From Marsupella aquatica (lineage: Eukaryota > Plantae > Marchantiophyta): 64,000 nucleotides of DNA. Shown here in pieces: positions 21,236 through 33,066 of this stretch (positions are counted from its first letter, which is position 1; each line of letters begins with the position of its first letter). Both the position numbers and the translations under genes were made by a program. Location: assembly GCA_973895155.1 (NCBI GenBank), contig OZ316896.1:1488001-1552000 (forward strand), read 5' to 3'. The notes below the pieces were generated by a model. It saw only the letters and a program-made list of their open reading frames with translations, ran no database searches and had not been told where the DNA came from.

Positions 21236-21363
21236 TGGCGGAGTCGTCAAATTAACATCCGCCAATCCCTAGTCGGCATCGTTTATCGTGGAGACTAGGA
21301 CGGTATCTGATTCGTGGGCCTGAGGTGCATACAGGCGAGAGATCAGGTGATCGTCTTCGAGCC
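21085..21363 (-). pseudogene. 18S rRNA pseudogene fragment, central part, abutting the DXS start
   Basis: tatgtctggacctggtaagtt...gttgagtcaaattaagc...gtgcccttccgtcaattcctttaagtttcagc...aacccaaaaactttgatttctcataaggtgctggcggagtc...gagactaggacggtatctga...tgatcgtcttcgagcc is antisense 18S and continues colinearly from 20358. Confidence 0.95.
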
Positions 21364-21408
21364 TGAGGTGCATACAGGCGAGAACAGGAGGGAGAGACCG
21401 CTTGAGAA

Positions 21409-24400
21409 ATGGCGAGTGGAGTGATGGCTCCGACGGTAGGACTGCCGATCAATGGCAGTGCTTCTGCAGCTGTACCATCGATGTCTGGAAAGAGTAAGAT
21501 TGGGAAATCGTTTGTGGGGCTCCGGAATGTGACAACGGATGGTGGTCATGGAAGAAAGAGGACTGTGCTCTCTGCGCCTGGTGTGGGTGGCTCACAGGTA
21601 AGCCCTTCCCGGCTGGAATTGAAGTATCTATCTACAACGTTATACGACTTAGATTTGATGGTTGAGGGGAAATCAGTTAACAGGCTAGGATATGACCTTC
21701 ACGGCTGGTGACAGATGTTAAGAAGAGTAGTGTTAGAAAAGCAGCGTCGCTGTCGATTTTGTTTCTGTGAGACAATGTGTGAATTCGCTGACCTTCACGG
21801 CTGGTGACAGATGTTAAGAAGAATAGTGTTAGAAGAGCAGCGCGGCTGGTGAGAGATGTTAAGAAAGAGGATGGTGTTAGAAGAGCACCGTCGCTGCCCG
21901 GCGTCGCTGTCGATTTTGTTTCTGTGAGACAATGTGTGAATTCACTAGTGTCGCTTTTAAGGGCGGTTTATAACTCTACGACTTTTCGGTCTGATGTGAT
22001 TCTTAGGCTCAAAAATCGTCTGCTGTTGCGGCCTCCATCATGAAGGGTGATGGAGCTGAGTACTTCTCAGAGAAGCCGCCAACTCCACTTCTGGACACGA
22101 TCAGCTATCCTATTCACATGAAAAATCTGTCTGTGAAGGTGAGTTTCTATTGAAGCATACATGAAGGCTTCTATCAATGTGTGCGTTTGAAGCGGTATGG
22201 CAATTCTTGCCTCCTCACACTATTTTGGGACAGGATTGAAGCTGAATTTTCGTTGCCACTTTTGTGGTCTTCCTTATAATTGCTCTGGCTGGGGTTGTGG
22301 AGTGTAGGAGCTGATGCAGTTGGCGGACGAACTCAGGGCGGAGACCATCTTTTCGGTGTCCAGTACCGGAGGTCATTTGGGATCCAGCCTTGGAGTTGTG
22401 GAGCTCACCGTTGCTCTCCATCATGTGTTTAATGCTCCAGCTGATAAGATTCTTTGGGACGTAGGACATCAGGCAAGTCCATTTCCTTTCTTTCGAGTAG
22501 TGTACCGGTTGGGCATCCATACGAGCGATACATACCTTCGTAATCATGGTCGCTCCCGTTCTTTGTACGGCAGGTCTTAGCGGTGCCACTCCTTTTTGTC
22601 CGTCATTGTAGGTAGTTTACAAAAAAAACACACCTCCAGCCGTTGCAGAATACTAGTTTTGTGGCCTCAGAAATTGATGCGTACAAGTTTATGCAATTCG
22701 ATGGGAGGTACTTATGCCAACGGTTTTGCCAAGCGGCTTGATTAATACATGATGCATTCATCTTCCTCTCTCATATCTGTAGCTCACAGCTATAGTTTGT
22801 GCAGTCCCCGCTGCAATGTATACCGTAATTGCAGTGTGGGTTGTGCCCTTTCGGAACCAGTAGGAAAGAGGAGCCTAGATGGGCTTCGATTTTGCCAGAA
22901 GCGGTTTGATTAATGCAAGATGCATTGATCTTCCTCTCCGATATCTATAGCTCACAGTTTGTATAGTCTCCGCTGCAATGTATGCCGTAATTGCAGTGTT
23001 TTGTAGGTTGTCCCTTTTCGGAACCAGTAGCAAAGAGGAACCTAGATGGGCTTCCCTGGATGTGGAAGAGGCCAGGGGCATTTTCGGACGACGGGGATCC
23101 CATGTTGAATCGTTGTGTTCTCTGTCAAATTTCTGTGCTCTCTGTGAGACACGGAAGGCTTGACCTATCGAGGAAATTGAATATGTTTCCCTTCGTCGTC
23201 CAGGATTTTGGTCCAACTTCGCCACTGAACTTTGAATGTATTTCCATGCAGACATACCCCCATAAGATCCTGACAGGGAGAAGAGGAAAAATGCACACCA
23301 TCCGACAGACGAACGGTATTTCGGGTTTCACCAAACGCACAGAGAGTGAATATGATGCTTTTGGTGCAGGCCACAGTTCCACAAGTATTTCGGCCGGCCT
23401 AGGTAAAATCAGTCTTAAAAGCGTTATTTAATTCTCGAGTCGTGTCCAAACTGGTTGTTTACTCGGCTACTACGTGTCCAAGGTCCGCCGCGAAAATTCT
23501 TTTACTTTGATAACGTCGTCATACTTGCAGCCCTAGCCGGCCGTGGCAAATCTTGTCGAGTCAAATGACTTCCTATCATTTACAATGCGCATTCTTTCCA
23601 GAAGATCTCTACTGAACCCAGGTCATTTGCCTTCTGGTCATGAAGTTTTGGGTGAGTAATTCTCGTATCTCAGTGAGCTGCAATATTTTCCTCTCATGCT
23701 TCTCTGCTACTTACCAATTCTGGTGTGTCTCCGTTGGCCAGGTATGGCGGTCGGTCGGGATTTCCAAGGGAGAACCAACCAAGTGATTTCGGTTATTGGA
23801 GACGGAGCGATGACTGCAGGACAAGCATACGAGGCTATGAACAATGCAGGGTACTTGGACACTAACATGATTGTCATCCTCAATGACAACAAGCAGGTGT
23901 CTCTGCCAACAGCTACCCTGGACGGACCTGCTCCCCCAGTGGGAGCTCTCAGCAGTGCTCTTAGTCGGTTGCAGTCAAGCAGACCCCTTCGAGAACTTCG
24001 AGAGGTGGCTAAGGTAATTTTTTTGCCCGTCAGAGCTCATCTCTAGTCATTGTTACTAGATGTTTAAGGTAATCATATAGCTCCTCAGCTTATGGCATTT
24101 ACATAATTGTTTTTGTTTTTAATTGTCTTTGTAACAATACGGTATTGTATGGAGAACAGTGTTGGCTAAGTAATCATCTAGCTCTTTTGAGCTTCTGCTT
24201 TGAGCACAATCTTCTCGTTACAGTAATTAGGGGACAAACTGTCCATTTTGAATTAGACCTTAAATGATCATTTTGATCTTATATTATGTTCATGGCTCTG
24301 TGCAACGATGGATGATAACGACAGGGCGTCACGAAGCAAATTGGGGGACAAGCGCATGCTTTGGCTTCCAAAGTAGACGAGTATGCGCGAGGGATGATCA

Positions 24401-26472
24401 GTGGATCAGGCTCAACTCTCTTTGAAGAGCTCGGACTCTACTATATTGGTCCTGTTGATGGCCACAACATGGACGATCTAGTTACCATTCTGAAAGAGGT
24501 GAAAGCCACTCACACAACCGGCCCTGTGCTGATCCACATCGTCACTGAGAAGGGACGCGGCTATCCATATGCAGAGAGAGCTGCTGATAAGTATCATGGT
24601 ATGTTGTTGTTCTTTTCTTTTGGACGAGTGAAAGCTTGTTATGAGGTCATCCTTTCTAGAACTGTTCAATTAGCTGTGCTCTGCAGAAGTGCTGTATTTT
24701 AATCACATTGTTGGTTCTTCGTCCCCTTATAGGAGTGGTAAAATTTGATCCTGCCACCGGAAAGCAAATGAAGGGTGGTCCGACTCTCACCAAGGCCTAC
24801 ACTACATACTACGCCGAAGCTCTAATTGCTGAGGCTGAGAACGACTCAAGCATTATCGCAATCCACGCTGCGATGGGTGGCGGTACAGGCCTCAATTTGT
24901 TTAATAAGAGATTTCCGGAGAGGACCTTCGATGTGGGCATTGCAGAACAGCATGCAGTCACGTTTGCTGCTGGTCTAGCGTGTGAGGGTATGAAGCCATT
25001 CTGCACCATCTATTCATCTTTCCTTCAACGAGCTTACGATCAGGTAATTTCCCCATTCTCTCCCCACCGCTTGGATGAATTGCGTTGCGTCGGATGTTGA
25101 CAAGTCTTAGTTGATCTCCTGACTTAGTACATGCTTGTTTTCCAAAGAATCGTCGAATCTCTTTTGGCTGCACAGAAGAGTACTGGAGGTATTAGCACGA
25201 TGATCTGTTTGAAGTCTGTCGATGGGTTTTGTTGTGAATGAATTCCTCATACAGCTTCTTATTGGTTCTAGATGTACTAGCTTATTTGCGTTATGCTACC
25301 GCTTGTTTGTTAGCAATGATGTTGGAGCTTTAGATAATCTCCTCTGTGGGCAGATGACACATGGTTCAAGACTTAGTTTGACTGTGTATCTTTGACTGTG
25401 CCCAGGTTGCACATGACGTCGATCTTCAGAAGCTTCCGGTCAGATTTGCAATGGACCGTGCAGGTTTGGTCGGTGCTGATGGACCCACCCACTGCGGTGC
25501 ATTCGATGTGACTTACATGGCATGCCTGCCTAATATTGTAGTGATGGCACCTGCTGACGAAGCAGAGCTCTTCCACATGGTTGCTACTGCTGCTCAGATT
25601 GACGATCGCCCCAGTTGTTTCCGGTATCCAAGAGGAAACGGAGTTGGAGTACCACTGCCTCCAGGGAACAAGGGAATTCCCCTAGAGGTGATCCATTAGT
25701 ACCTCCATACAAGAGCTGCCACACTGCTAACACAAATCTACAACTGCCGTAAAATGAGAGTCGGAAAAATTGGAAGCCTTTCTGGTCTGGAGTTGACATT
25801 CATTGCCCGAATGTGTGTTGCCTTCGTGAAGATAACAAAGTGTGTTTCGACTTTGCAGATCGGCAAGGGGAGGATATTGGTGGAAGGGACGCAGGTGGCG
25901 CTGCTGGGATACGGAACAATGGTGCAGAATTGCCTCGTTGCACAAAAATTACTCACCGAATATGGATTATCAGTCACAGTTGCCGATGCTCGGTTTTGCA
26001 AGCCCCTAGACCGAGAGTTAATTCGACAACTAGCAAGGGAGCATTCCGTGCTCATCACTGTCGAGGAGGGTTCTATAGGAGGATTTGGATCACACGTCGC
26101 CCAGTTTATGGCTCTTGACGGCCTTCTTGATGGCAAATTGAAGGTGAGAAGCCTTCCCGAGCCCTTATTACATTCTCGCCCTGGATTAACACCCCCTGCG
26201 CCATTTTCTTATGATCGCCAGCTTGAGATTCCAATTATCGTGTCTTATTTCAAGTTGTTGAAATATTTCACTTTGGACACACCGTGTTGGTTGACATATT
26301 TGTTTTGGTCTTGCGTGCGCAGTGGAGGCCGCTGGTACTTCCGGACAGATACATTGAGCATGGATCGCCAAAGGATCAATTAGTGGAGGCTGGGTTGAGC
26401 GCTTCGCATATTGCTGCAACAGCCCTGAACATCATCGGCAAAACGAGGGAGGCTATGATCGTCATGTCTTAG
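21409..26472 (+). CDS. DXS: 1-deoxy-D-xylulose-5-phosphate synthase, plastid-targeted (MEP pathway), 10 exons
   Basis: Exons 21409-21597, 22007-22138 ([19 protein letters not shown]), 22308-22472 ([15 protein letters not shown]...WDVGHQ), 23252-23402 ([10 protein letters not shown]...[11 protein letters not shown]), 23742-24013 ([18 protein letters not shown]...NDN, TPP motif), 24325-24598, 24733-25043 ([21 protein letters not shown]), 25406-25687 ([18 protein letters not shown]), 25859-26143, 26323-26472 (TAG). Confidence 0.97.
21694..21945. repeat. Nested tandem duplications in DXS intron 1
   Basis: ggctggtga(c/g)agatgttaagaa..tgttagaa.agca x3 and gtcgctgtcgattttgtttctgtgagacaatgtgtgaattc x2. 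Confidence 0.85.
22722..23055. repeat. ~165-bp diverged tandem duplication in DXS intron 3
   Basis: ttttgcca..agcgg.ttgattaat...atgcatt.atcttcctctc...ccgctgcaatgtat.ccgtaattgcagtgt...tttcggaaccagtag.aaagagga.cctagatgggcttc x2. Confidence 0.8.
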
Positions 26473-28742
26473 CTTCTTCTGGACAATTGCAAAAAATCGC
26501 ACAATTAGGTGCAGATCTCCATCTGCCGACGTCTCGAACTCGGTTTTACAGTAGAATATTGCAGTGGATTAGATTTTCAAGGAGACCGTGTGTCGATCCA
26601 TCCACCACCTACTGTCACCATCAGCTGGATTGAATCTCTAAACTCGAGTGTCGTGTACAGAAATCATCTTTCATAACTTCATCGTACCATTTTGTGCCTC
26701 CTAGCATGCCCCTAGTGTTACTCCAAACGAACGACCGCCCACGTAGCACAAGGAGGTTGTAGATTTTTGTATGAATGAATTAGTTAGATCTTAACTGGAG
26801 TAGTGGTAGACTAGGATGCTAGGGGGGCCTACGGATTGGATCACTCGAATCCGAATTGTTTTTTCCGAGATTCTTATCATGAGCAAGCTTGAATTGATCT
26901 CCGACGAAATTACCAACTGGCTGGAAATCCTTCTCGACATCATCGTCGTTCCTTTCTCAGATTCTCTTCAGATAGCACCATGTTGTCCCATTATAGCACT
27001 TCGTCAAATTCTGGCAATCTAGACTCGCGGGGTTAGCTGGAATGGACTGTGAGCCAACTCGGATTGTGTTAGGTGGATTGGAAAGTAATGTGAATCGACA
27101 ACCATGACCAGACACCTGAGGTGCAGGAAGAAACGATAGATGTCAAAGGCTTTCAGAGGTGGTGTCAAAGCCAGGACATGCCAAAGCTGGTAACTGGTAG
27201 GTGTGAACAGCTTAAAAATTCACATGGACTCATTCATTTGGTTACTGTAAAACCTCAACAAGGAACAACTAATCGGCCTCCCATCCTCTCGACCCAGACA
27301 ATTAAATAAGTGTTTGCTTTCTATTCGATTCTTTCTTTGTTATCATAATTTAATAGATCAAAACCCACATGGACAGTCATATATATAATGATTGTTTTTC
27401 AACCACACCAAAGCCACCCAGGAGGCACCCATCATGGCCCACGGTGACACAAGGCCAAAACACACATGCAAAAACCAAATATTCAGGCCATGGAGCCTTG
27501 AGCGACCACCCGGCGGTGTTGCTCACCAGCTTCCAGTGGTCAGGTCTCCTAATATATCTGCTAAATCTGTTCCTAGCTCTAATAAAATGTTTTCCTTTGC
27601 TCTGGTTACCCTCTCTTACTACTATGCAAATAGTGTTGCTTGCTCTGCCTTTTCAGATCCCTGGTACAACCCACAACTAAACATACTAACCACAACTTCT
27701 TTAGGCTGAAATATGTCATTTGTGTTTGAGTAAGGCTGCTGTGTTTTGAACAATGACTCAGTCCAAATCAATCCCACGTTTCAATGAGAAAGTTCTCACT
27801 CTAATAGGAAGCCTTAGTTTGAATAGACAACCCTTTTAACTTGAAAACCAACGGCTTACTGTCAATATAAAGATGTATCCTCTGGGAGAATATTCACCAA
27901 ATATTCAGTCTTCACTGCCCCAAAGATTTGTGGGTAAAGCTCCAACACAAAGGCCAAAATACTTGAATAGAATGCCCCAAGGTTCACTCATTTCCATATA
28001 TATACTCGCTTATTTATATATCCTCACTTATTTTCTTCTGACCCATCAAGCGCAAATTTGAATAGAGTTTTTTATTGGGTTTAGTGAAATACTTTAAAAA
28101 TTTTATATACAAAAATTAGTGATGTTTTAATCAAGTTTTGAGAATTATAAGAATCATAGGATTTTTTAACTAAATGTGAGAATAATCCTAAAACATTCCA
28201 TTAAATTAGGGATAAAAATCACTGAAAAACTTTCCTTACTTATGTTTTAGGATGTTTATTCTTGCAAAATTTCAAAGTGATATGGGACCCCTACTTTGGA
28301 GTGAGCCCCCGAGATCACGAATGCCTTTGCGGAAGAGGTTCCATGAACAAGAAGCTTACCATAGTCTAAGAAATGAGGATCATCAAAACTTTCTTGTCCT
28401 TTGTGTCTTAGAGAAATCCTTCATTGATGGTTCCCAACTGAAGTGATATTTCTAATGATCTACTGAAAAAAGATCATGATGGACTTCAAAATCTAGAAGT
28501 TGGTCCAGCATGGCAAAGGATTTTTTAGCACCACAAAATATGAGCATTCTAACAACAAATTTGCACTTTGCCGCAGGGAATTGTGGGAAATAATCATCCT
28601 CCTCCCTCTAGGACACCACTCTCTCAGGAATTTCTTTTCCAAGATTCCTGTTGAATTCTTTTTGTGGTCTTCCTAGGGGACATTGAGAGACAAAGGAAGA
28701 AGGGTTTGATGCTTCCTATTTTACGTGTACACTGATGGCAGG

Positions 28743-29169
28743 TGTCACACCATTCTAGGTAGTGTTAGAGTTCATCGTACTATCTAGATCCGTATGTTTG
28801 GTATGTGTGCTATATGAGCCGATAAGGTTCTGTTAGGTTTGTGTGAGAGGGTAGTTCTCTCTTGTGAGGCATTGAAAGGTTATCTTTCAATGTTGAGCCT
28901 TGGAGAGAGAGGAGCTTGTGTGGTGGCTATGGTGGCTGAGAGCTCTCTCTATGTAGCGTGGATTCCTTGAGTGTAAGGGTTAGGGTTGACATATAGGTGT
29001 GATCGGATCGGACGGGATTGAGTGCGTATTGTTGGTGTCGATCGTTGTTCGGATTCTATTGAGATTATTGTGGGTTTTGGACATGTGTGAACATGAGTTC
29101 CACTTGTATTTCATTCTCTTGTGTTTGTGATGTGGCAGTCAGTGTGACTATGTTTGGATGTATGTGACA
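28743..29169. mobile_element. Putative solo LTR (~430 bp)
   Basis: Termini TGTCACA...TGTGACA with GT/GA-rich LTR-like interior; no matching TSD found. Confidence 0.45.
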
Positions 29170-29999
29170 AGCGATGTATGTTGTGTAGCGATATGTACGC
29201 GCACGACACAAGGCCAATGCCAACCTAAACTGTTACTAGAGTAATGTACCATGCCTATGGCAGTTGCCTATTCAGTTACAGCACCAGATGTGAACCATTA
29301 GCTAATCACATCTTGTAGTGTTAGATCTTTATCCCTTGTTCTTCACTAGTTCTAGGTTTTTGGGGGTGTGCATTTGCTCTCTTCTTGCATGTTTGGTGTT
29401 TGCCGTCTTTGGACCTTTTTTGCATACTCCATTTAATGTTGTTTGGCACTTCTTTGAACACAATAGAGGCTATGACATTCAAGCCCCTTGCCCTTTCGCC
29501 GCTTTGCCGTTCAATTGGTTTCCACCGGCTCATCACGTGTTGCTCCATTGTCAGAGACTCTCCCTTCCCTAATCCCCAATGTTTTTTATCATCTCCCTTC
29601 CCTAATCCCCAATGTTTTTTACCCCCAGCTTGAGTGTTGCCCCTGAAGAAAAGGTTCACAAAGGGCTTATTATATAGTAGATTGGTCCTTTTTCCCCTCA
29701 AATATTGATGGACTTCAGAGCTAAGACAAGAAAAGTGAGACAAAGACCAGAATGTGGGTTAATTCACTGCACCAGTGATGCTTGATCCAGATCTGTTTCC
29801 AAGGGCAAACAGAATCAGCGTGTGGGCAATCTGAAGGAGGAATTGCCAACGCAGAGCCAACAATTCGTTGGATCGGAGCTTTGGGGATTATGCAGAGAAG
29901 GGCAATTTTGTGTGCGCAGAATTGTCAAAGAGGGTTTTCCAAATCCGAGTGTTTTCAAGGTCGGGACGCAACACTGTTGTCTGTGTGAAATTACAGTGA

Positions 30000-31436
30000 A
30001 TGTTGAGATTCCGCTCGATCATGATGTCGATTGTGTTGCTGATCACGGTGCTGCTGGCAGCGACGAGCACTGGTGGAGCTGAGAAGGTGTGCATCGTTGG
30101 AAGCGGCATCGGAGGAGCCTCGGCTGCCTTCTTCCTCCAAAACTACTCCACCAAGGCCATCGAGGTCGAAATCTACGAGAGGCATGACCAGGTGGGGGGA
30201 CGTCTGGCGCAAGTGCAGCTGGGAGATGACAAATTCGAGGCTGGTGGCAGCATTATTGCCAAAATGAACCGTCACATGCGCGATTTTGTGGAGCTCCTTG
30301 GGCTCACGCCGAATTCGGATTTTGGAGATGATGATTTTGGAATTTGGGATGGAAGAGAGATATTCTTCCAGACATCCAAATCCGGGGGTTCCTACATATC
30401 TCAGAAGTTCACACGCATGTGGAATTCGCTGCGTCTGCTCTGGCGGTATGGAACGAGTCTTTTCCAAATGGATTCCTACGTTTCTGAATTGCAGGAGAAA
30501 TGGGATCAGTTTTACAGTGAGGAGATGTTGGTTTATTCCAGAGCTGAGGACATGCTCAAGTCAGTAGATCTGTACGAAAGGACTCAGCATACGCTGGAGG
30601 AAGATCTCATTGCAAGGGGCTTCTCCCCACGGCTTATCAACGAGCTTATCACTCTTATAGTGAGGATCAATTATGGGCAAAATGTGAGTATTAGCGGCCT
30701 TGCTGGGGCAGTGTCACTAGCCGGTTCAGGAGACGAGCTTTGGCGAGTCAAAGAAGGGAATTGGAAGGTTCCCGAGGGTCTAATTAAATACACAAACTCT
30801 ACTCTGCATCTCAATGAAGAAGTTCTGTCCGTCACATGTTCTGAAGGTGTATATGAAGTGGGGCTGCAATCAGGCCAGACAGACAAATGTGATGCAGTGA
30901 TCATAGCTACTCCGCTAGATGAGGTGAAAATTTCCTTTCCACCAACGGTTGATATCCCAGGACGATCTTTGCAACACACTTACACAACATTTGTGAGGGG
31001 CCTCATAAACTCGGAGTATTTTGGGGCAGATTCACATGAGCACTTGCCCACATTGATCGGCACAGTGGAGGATCCACTCCTGCTGTTCTCATGTATTTCG
31101 GTTCTCAAGTCATACACTGACGTGGAGAAAGCTTACAAGGTGTTCTCTCGAGCACCTCTAACTGAGGCAAACCTGGACCAACTTTTCGAAACTAGAATTC
31201 AGACTCTTCAACTAGACTGGGGAGCATACCCTCATTATACAGCACCGGAACGATTTGCTCCCATTTTACTTGATGACAACCATCTGTACTATGTCAATAC
31301 TTTCGAAAGTGCTGCAAGTGCCATGGAGGCGAGCGCAGTTGCTGCACGAAATGTAGCTCGTCTTCTGCTCTCGCGCATGTCAGGGGGGATTTTGTCTTGT
31401 AAAACTCCTGAACAGCAATCCCACAGCGAGCTTTGA
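30000..31436 (+). CDS. FCLY: Prenylcysteine oxidase / farnesylcysteine lyase, single exon
   Basis: 478-aa ORF: signal peptide, FAD motif VCIVGSGIGGASAA, GGRLA...FEAGGSII, RINYGQ...GLAGAVSLAGS, VIIATPL, YKVFSR, WGAYP, LYYVNTFESAASAMEASAVAARNVA; C-terminal HSEL. Confidence 0.92.
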   Translation: MLRFRSIMMSIVLLITVLLAATSTGGAEKVCIVGSGIGGASAAFFLQNYSTKAIEVEIYERHDQVGGRLAQVQLGDDKFEAGGSIIAKMNRHMRDFVELLGLTPNSDFGDDDFGIWDGREIFFQTSKSGGSYISQKFTRMWNSLRLLWRYGTSLFQMDSYVSELQEKWDQFYSEEMLVYSRAEDMLKSVDLYERTQHTLEEDLIARGFSPRLINELITLIVRINYGQNVSISGLAGAVSLAGSGDELWRVKEGNWKVPEGLIKYTNSTLHLNEEVLSVTCSEGVYEVGLQSGQTDKCDAVIIATPLDEVKISFPPTVDIPGRSLQHTYTTFVRGLINSEYFGADSHEHLPTLIGTVEDPLLLFSCISVLKSYTDVEKAYKVFSRAPLTEANLDQLFETRIQTLQLDWGAYPHYTAPERFAPILLDDNHLYYVNTFESAASAMEASAVAARNVARLLLSRMSGGILSCKTPEQQSHSEL

Positions 31437-33066
31437 ATAGATCGTTTGTGTACTGTAGTCCTAAGAAAGCAATCGGTGTCCTCGGCAATTTCTTTGTAAG
31501 GAGAGGCAAATTTGCCCCAGATGATGTGTTCTTCTTCTTTGAGTGGGCTGAGTTTGTGAGACAGATCAGTTGGTCTCGGACATAGACCCGGTTGATCCCG
31601 GTCTGAAGTATCTTAGGGTTTCAAGACAATTTGGTCGTTCAGGACTGATTAGAGCTTCTTGTGAAAAAGTTAGGATTATAAATACAAATATTTGCGTTCC
31701 TCATTACAGCAAGGGGAAACAATGTTGAGCGGGACTGCGTACATTTGAGTACTAGGGGATATAGGAAGTAATGCAGTTCGTAATTTCGAGTGGTGCTGTC
31801 TCTTAAGCACTATTACAACAAAGAGTCAGTTAATAGGACTTGGAAATCGCGATATTGAATACTGTGCTGGCCCATGGGCTCGCCTTAAATTTCGTCGCTA
31901 GTCTTGGTATTACAGTAAATTTTAGAGTCATGTAGTTTCGTCAGCTGACTTTGACTGATCGATATGCAACATTCTGATGGCCAATGTCTCTTTTGTTGTG
32001 CTCGGGATATTCTTAATTTTCGTATTTGATGGAATGCGGTTTGCTTGAAACCTGAAGTTCTGTCTCTGCGACCCTTCTCGCATCTGTTTCAGGGACTCAC
32101 CACAGGTCCCTGAAATTTTATTGAAGAAATTGGTGTTTTATAGCAAGGTGCATGGAATCACCATTGCAGACTAACCTACCGAGTGACCCAGATTGCGCAA
32201 TGGTCCTCCGCGTTTCCTTGACAATGTGTTATCTAGTAATTGCGCCACCAACAGGCAGAGAACTTGTGATGGAAAAACGCAAACGAGATTTGTGATGGAA
32301 AAACGCAAACGAGACTCAAAAATTGCTACTGTACGATGTTTGAAAGTTTGTTTAATGGATTCAGAATGTTGATTACAACAAAGTGGGAACAACAAAGACA
32401 CTGCTCTGTGAGATGTGACGATCACTCTGCTGTTCTGTTCTACACCCCTTCTTCGCTGAGCACAAGCGCATGGCAGGGCACGTTGCAAAATCAGGAAGCA
32501 CACCGTGCGGAAAAGTGTCTACTGGAGCACACGCCTTCTTGGTGAGATTCGAATGTCTAACCATTGACGACCTTTCGCGACTCGTCATTTGCACATACTA
32601 GCAAGACTTCTGACACATGTTGCTGAATCTCAGACTCCCACAAGGAGAAGGCGGGGCAGCGCACTTCATGCTATTGACTGCACAAGCTCCTATCGTCCTC
32701 GCCTTGTTCTTTGCAGTCCCAGCTCTAATCGTCGATCCTCTGCTATCTGGAGAATTTCTGCCAAATTGTTTTAGGGTTACTTTAGTATGGTAGAAATTGA
32801 GATGTGTATGTTAGTCGTACATATGAACTTCTCGTTTGCACAAAAACCCGTAGAGCAATCCCATGGTAGAATTTCTGTGGTTGCAGCACTCACCACCTCG
32901 TATGCCTTTCATCCACTAATTAAAAGCTCATTCTGTGATCTAGTTCAGTATAGGATTTCGTGACCCCGGTTTAGCTTGGAGCTCGTCGCAACTCAACACA
33001 ATGTTAGTCTAGAGTCATCTTTGGGTTCCCACAGACGCTTTCTATAGAGTCTGGCCAGTCTTACAA

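Noticed and set aside
19852-21363. Functional rRNA gene or rDNA array
   Set aside because: Partial, internally deleted, interrupted by an insertion and heavily substituted, with no 5.8S/26S nearby; it is a pseudogene.
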